The notes beneath the pieces were generated by a model. That model did no database searches, was not told the origin of the DNA, and saw only the letters and a list, made by a program, of their open reading frames with translations. Positions 63,959 to 64,000 of a stretch of 64,000 nt of DNA are shown piece after piece. The first letter of the stretch is position 1, and each line of letters starts with the position of its first letter. This DNA is from Catajapyx aquilonaris (lineage: Eukaryota): the NCBI GenBank assembly GCA_000934665.2, contig KZ538057.1, forward strand, positions 1 through 64,000, in the 5' to 3' direction. A program made the translations under genes and the position numbers.

Positions 63959-64000
63959 GTTTGTCCGATGTTGTTGGATTGATCTGAGGTGGTCGTCGGG

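Overview
Eukaryotic (arthropod, probably hexapod) genomic DNA. I reconstructed eight intact protein-coding genes by hand from GT-AG splice sites and reading-frame phase. They are a large minus-strand SH3-DH-PH RhoGEF (SPATA13/Asef, Drosophila RhoGEF3-like) with several alternative N-terminal exons; two intronless divergent ionotropic receptors (IRs) nested in one of its introns; TM9SF2; a RYK/Derailed-family pseudokinase; a ZAD-type C2H2 zinc-finger gene; a BOK-like Bcl-2 family gene; and TCTP. A possible decayed third IR copy lies upstream of the IR pair. Introns contain many MITEs (mariner/Tc1, pogo, piggyBac and Harbinger-like ends) and tRNA-derived SINEs, one of them full-length with a 15-bp target-site duplication. 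The most notable non-obvious signals are: three related ~130-nt box H/ACA RNA candidates, one per TCTP intron; the same-strand nested IR cluster; overlapping convergent 3' UTRs of RYK and the zinc-finger gene; and a perfect 44-bp hairpin beside a 2.1-kb symmetric exon. All calls were made by eye, and no searches or folding programs were run.
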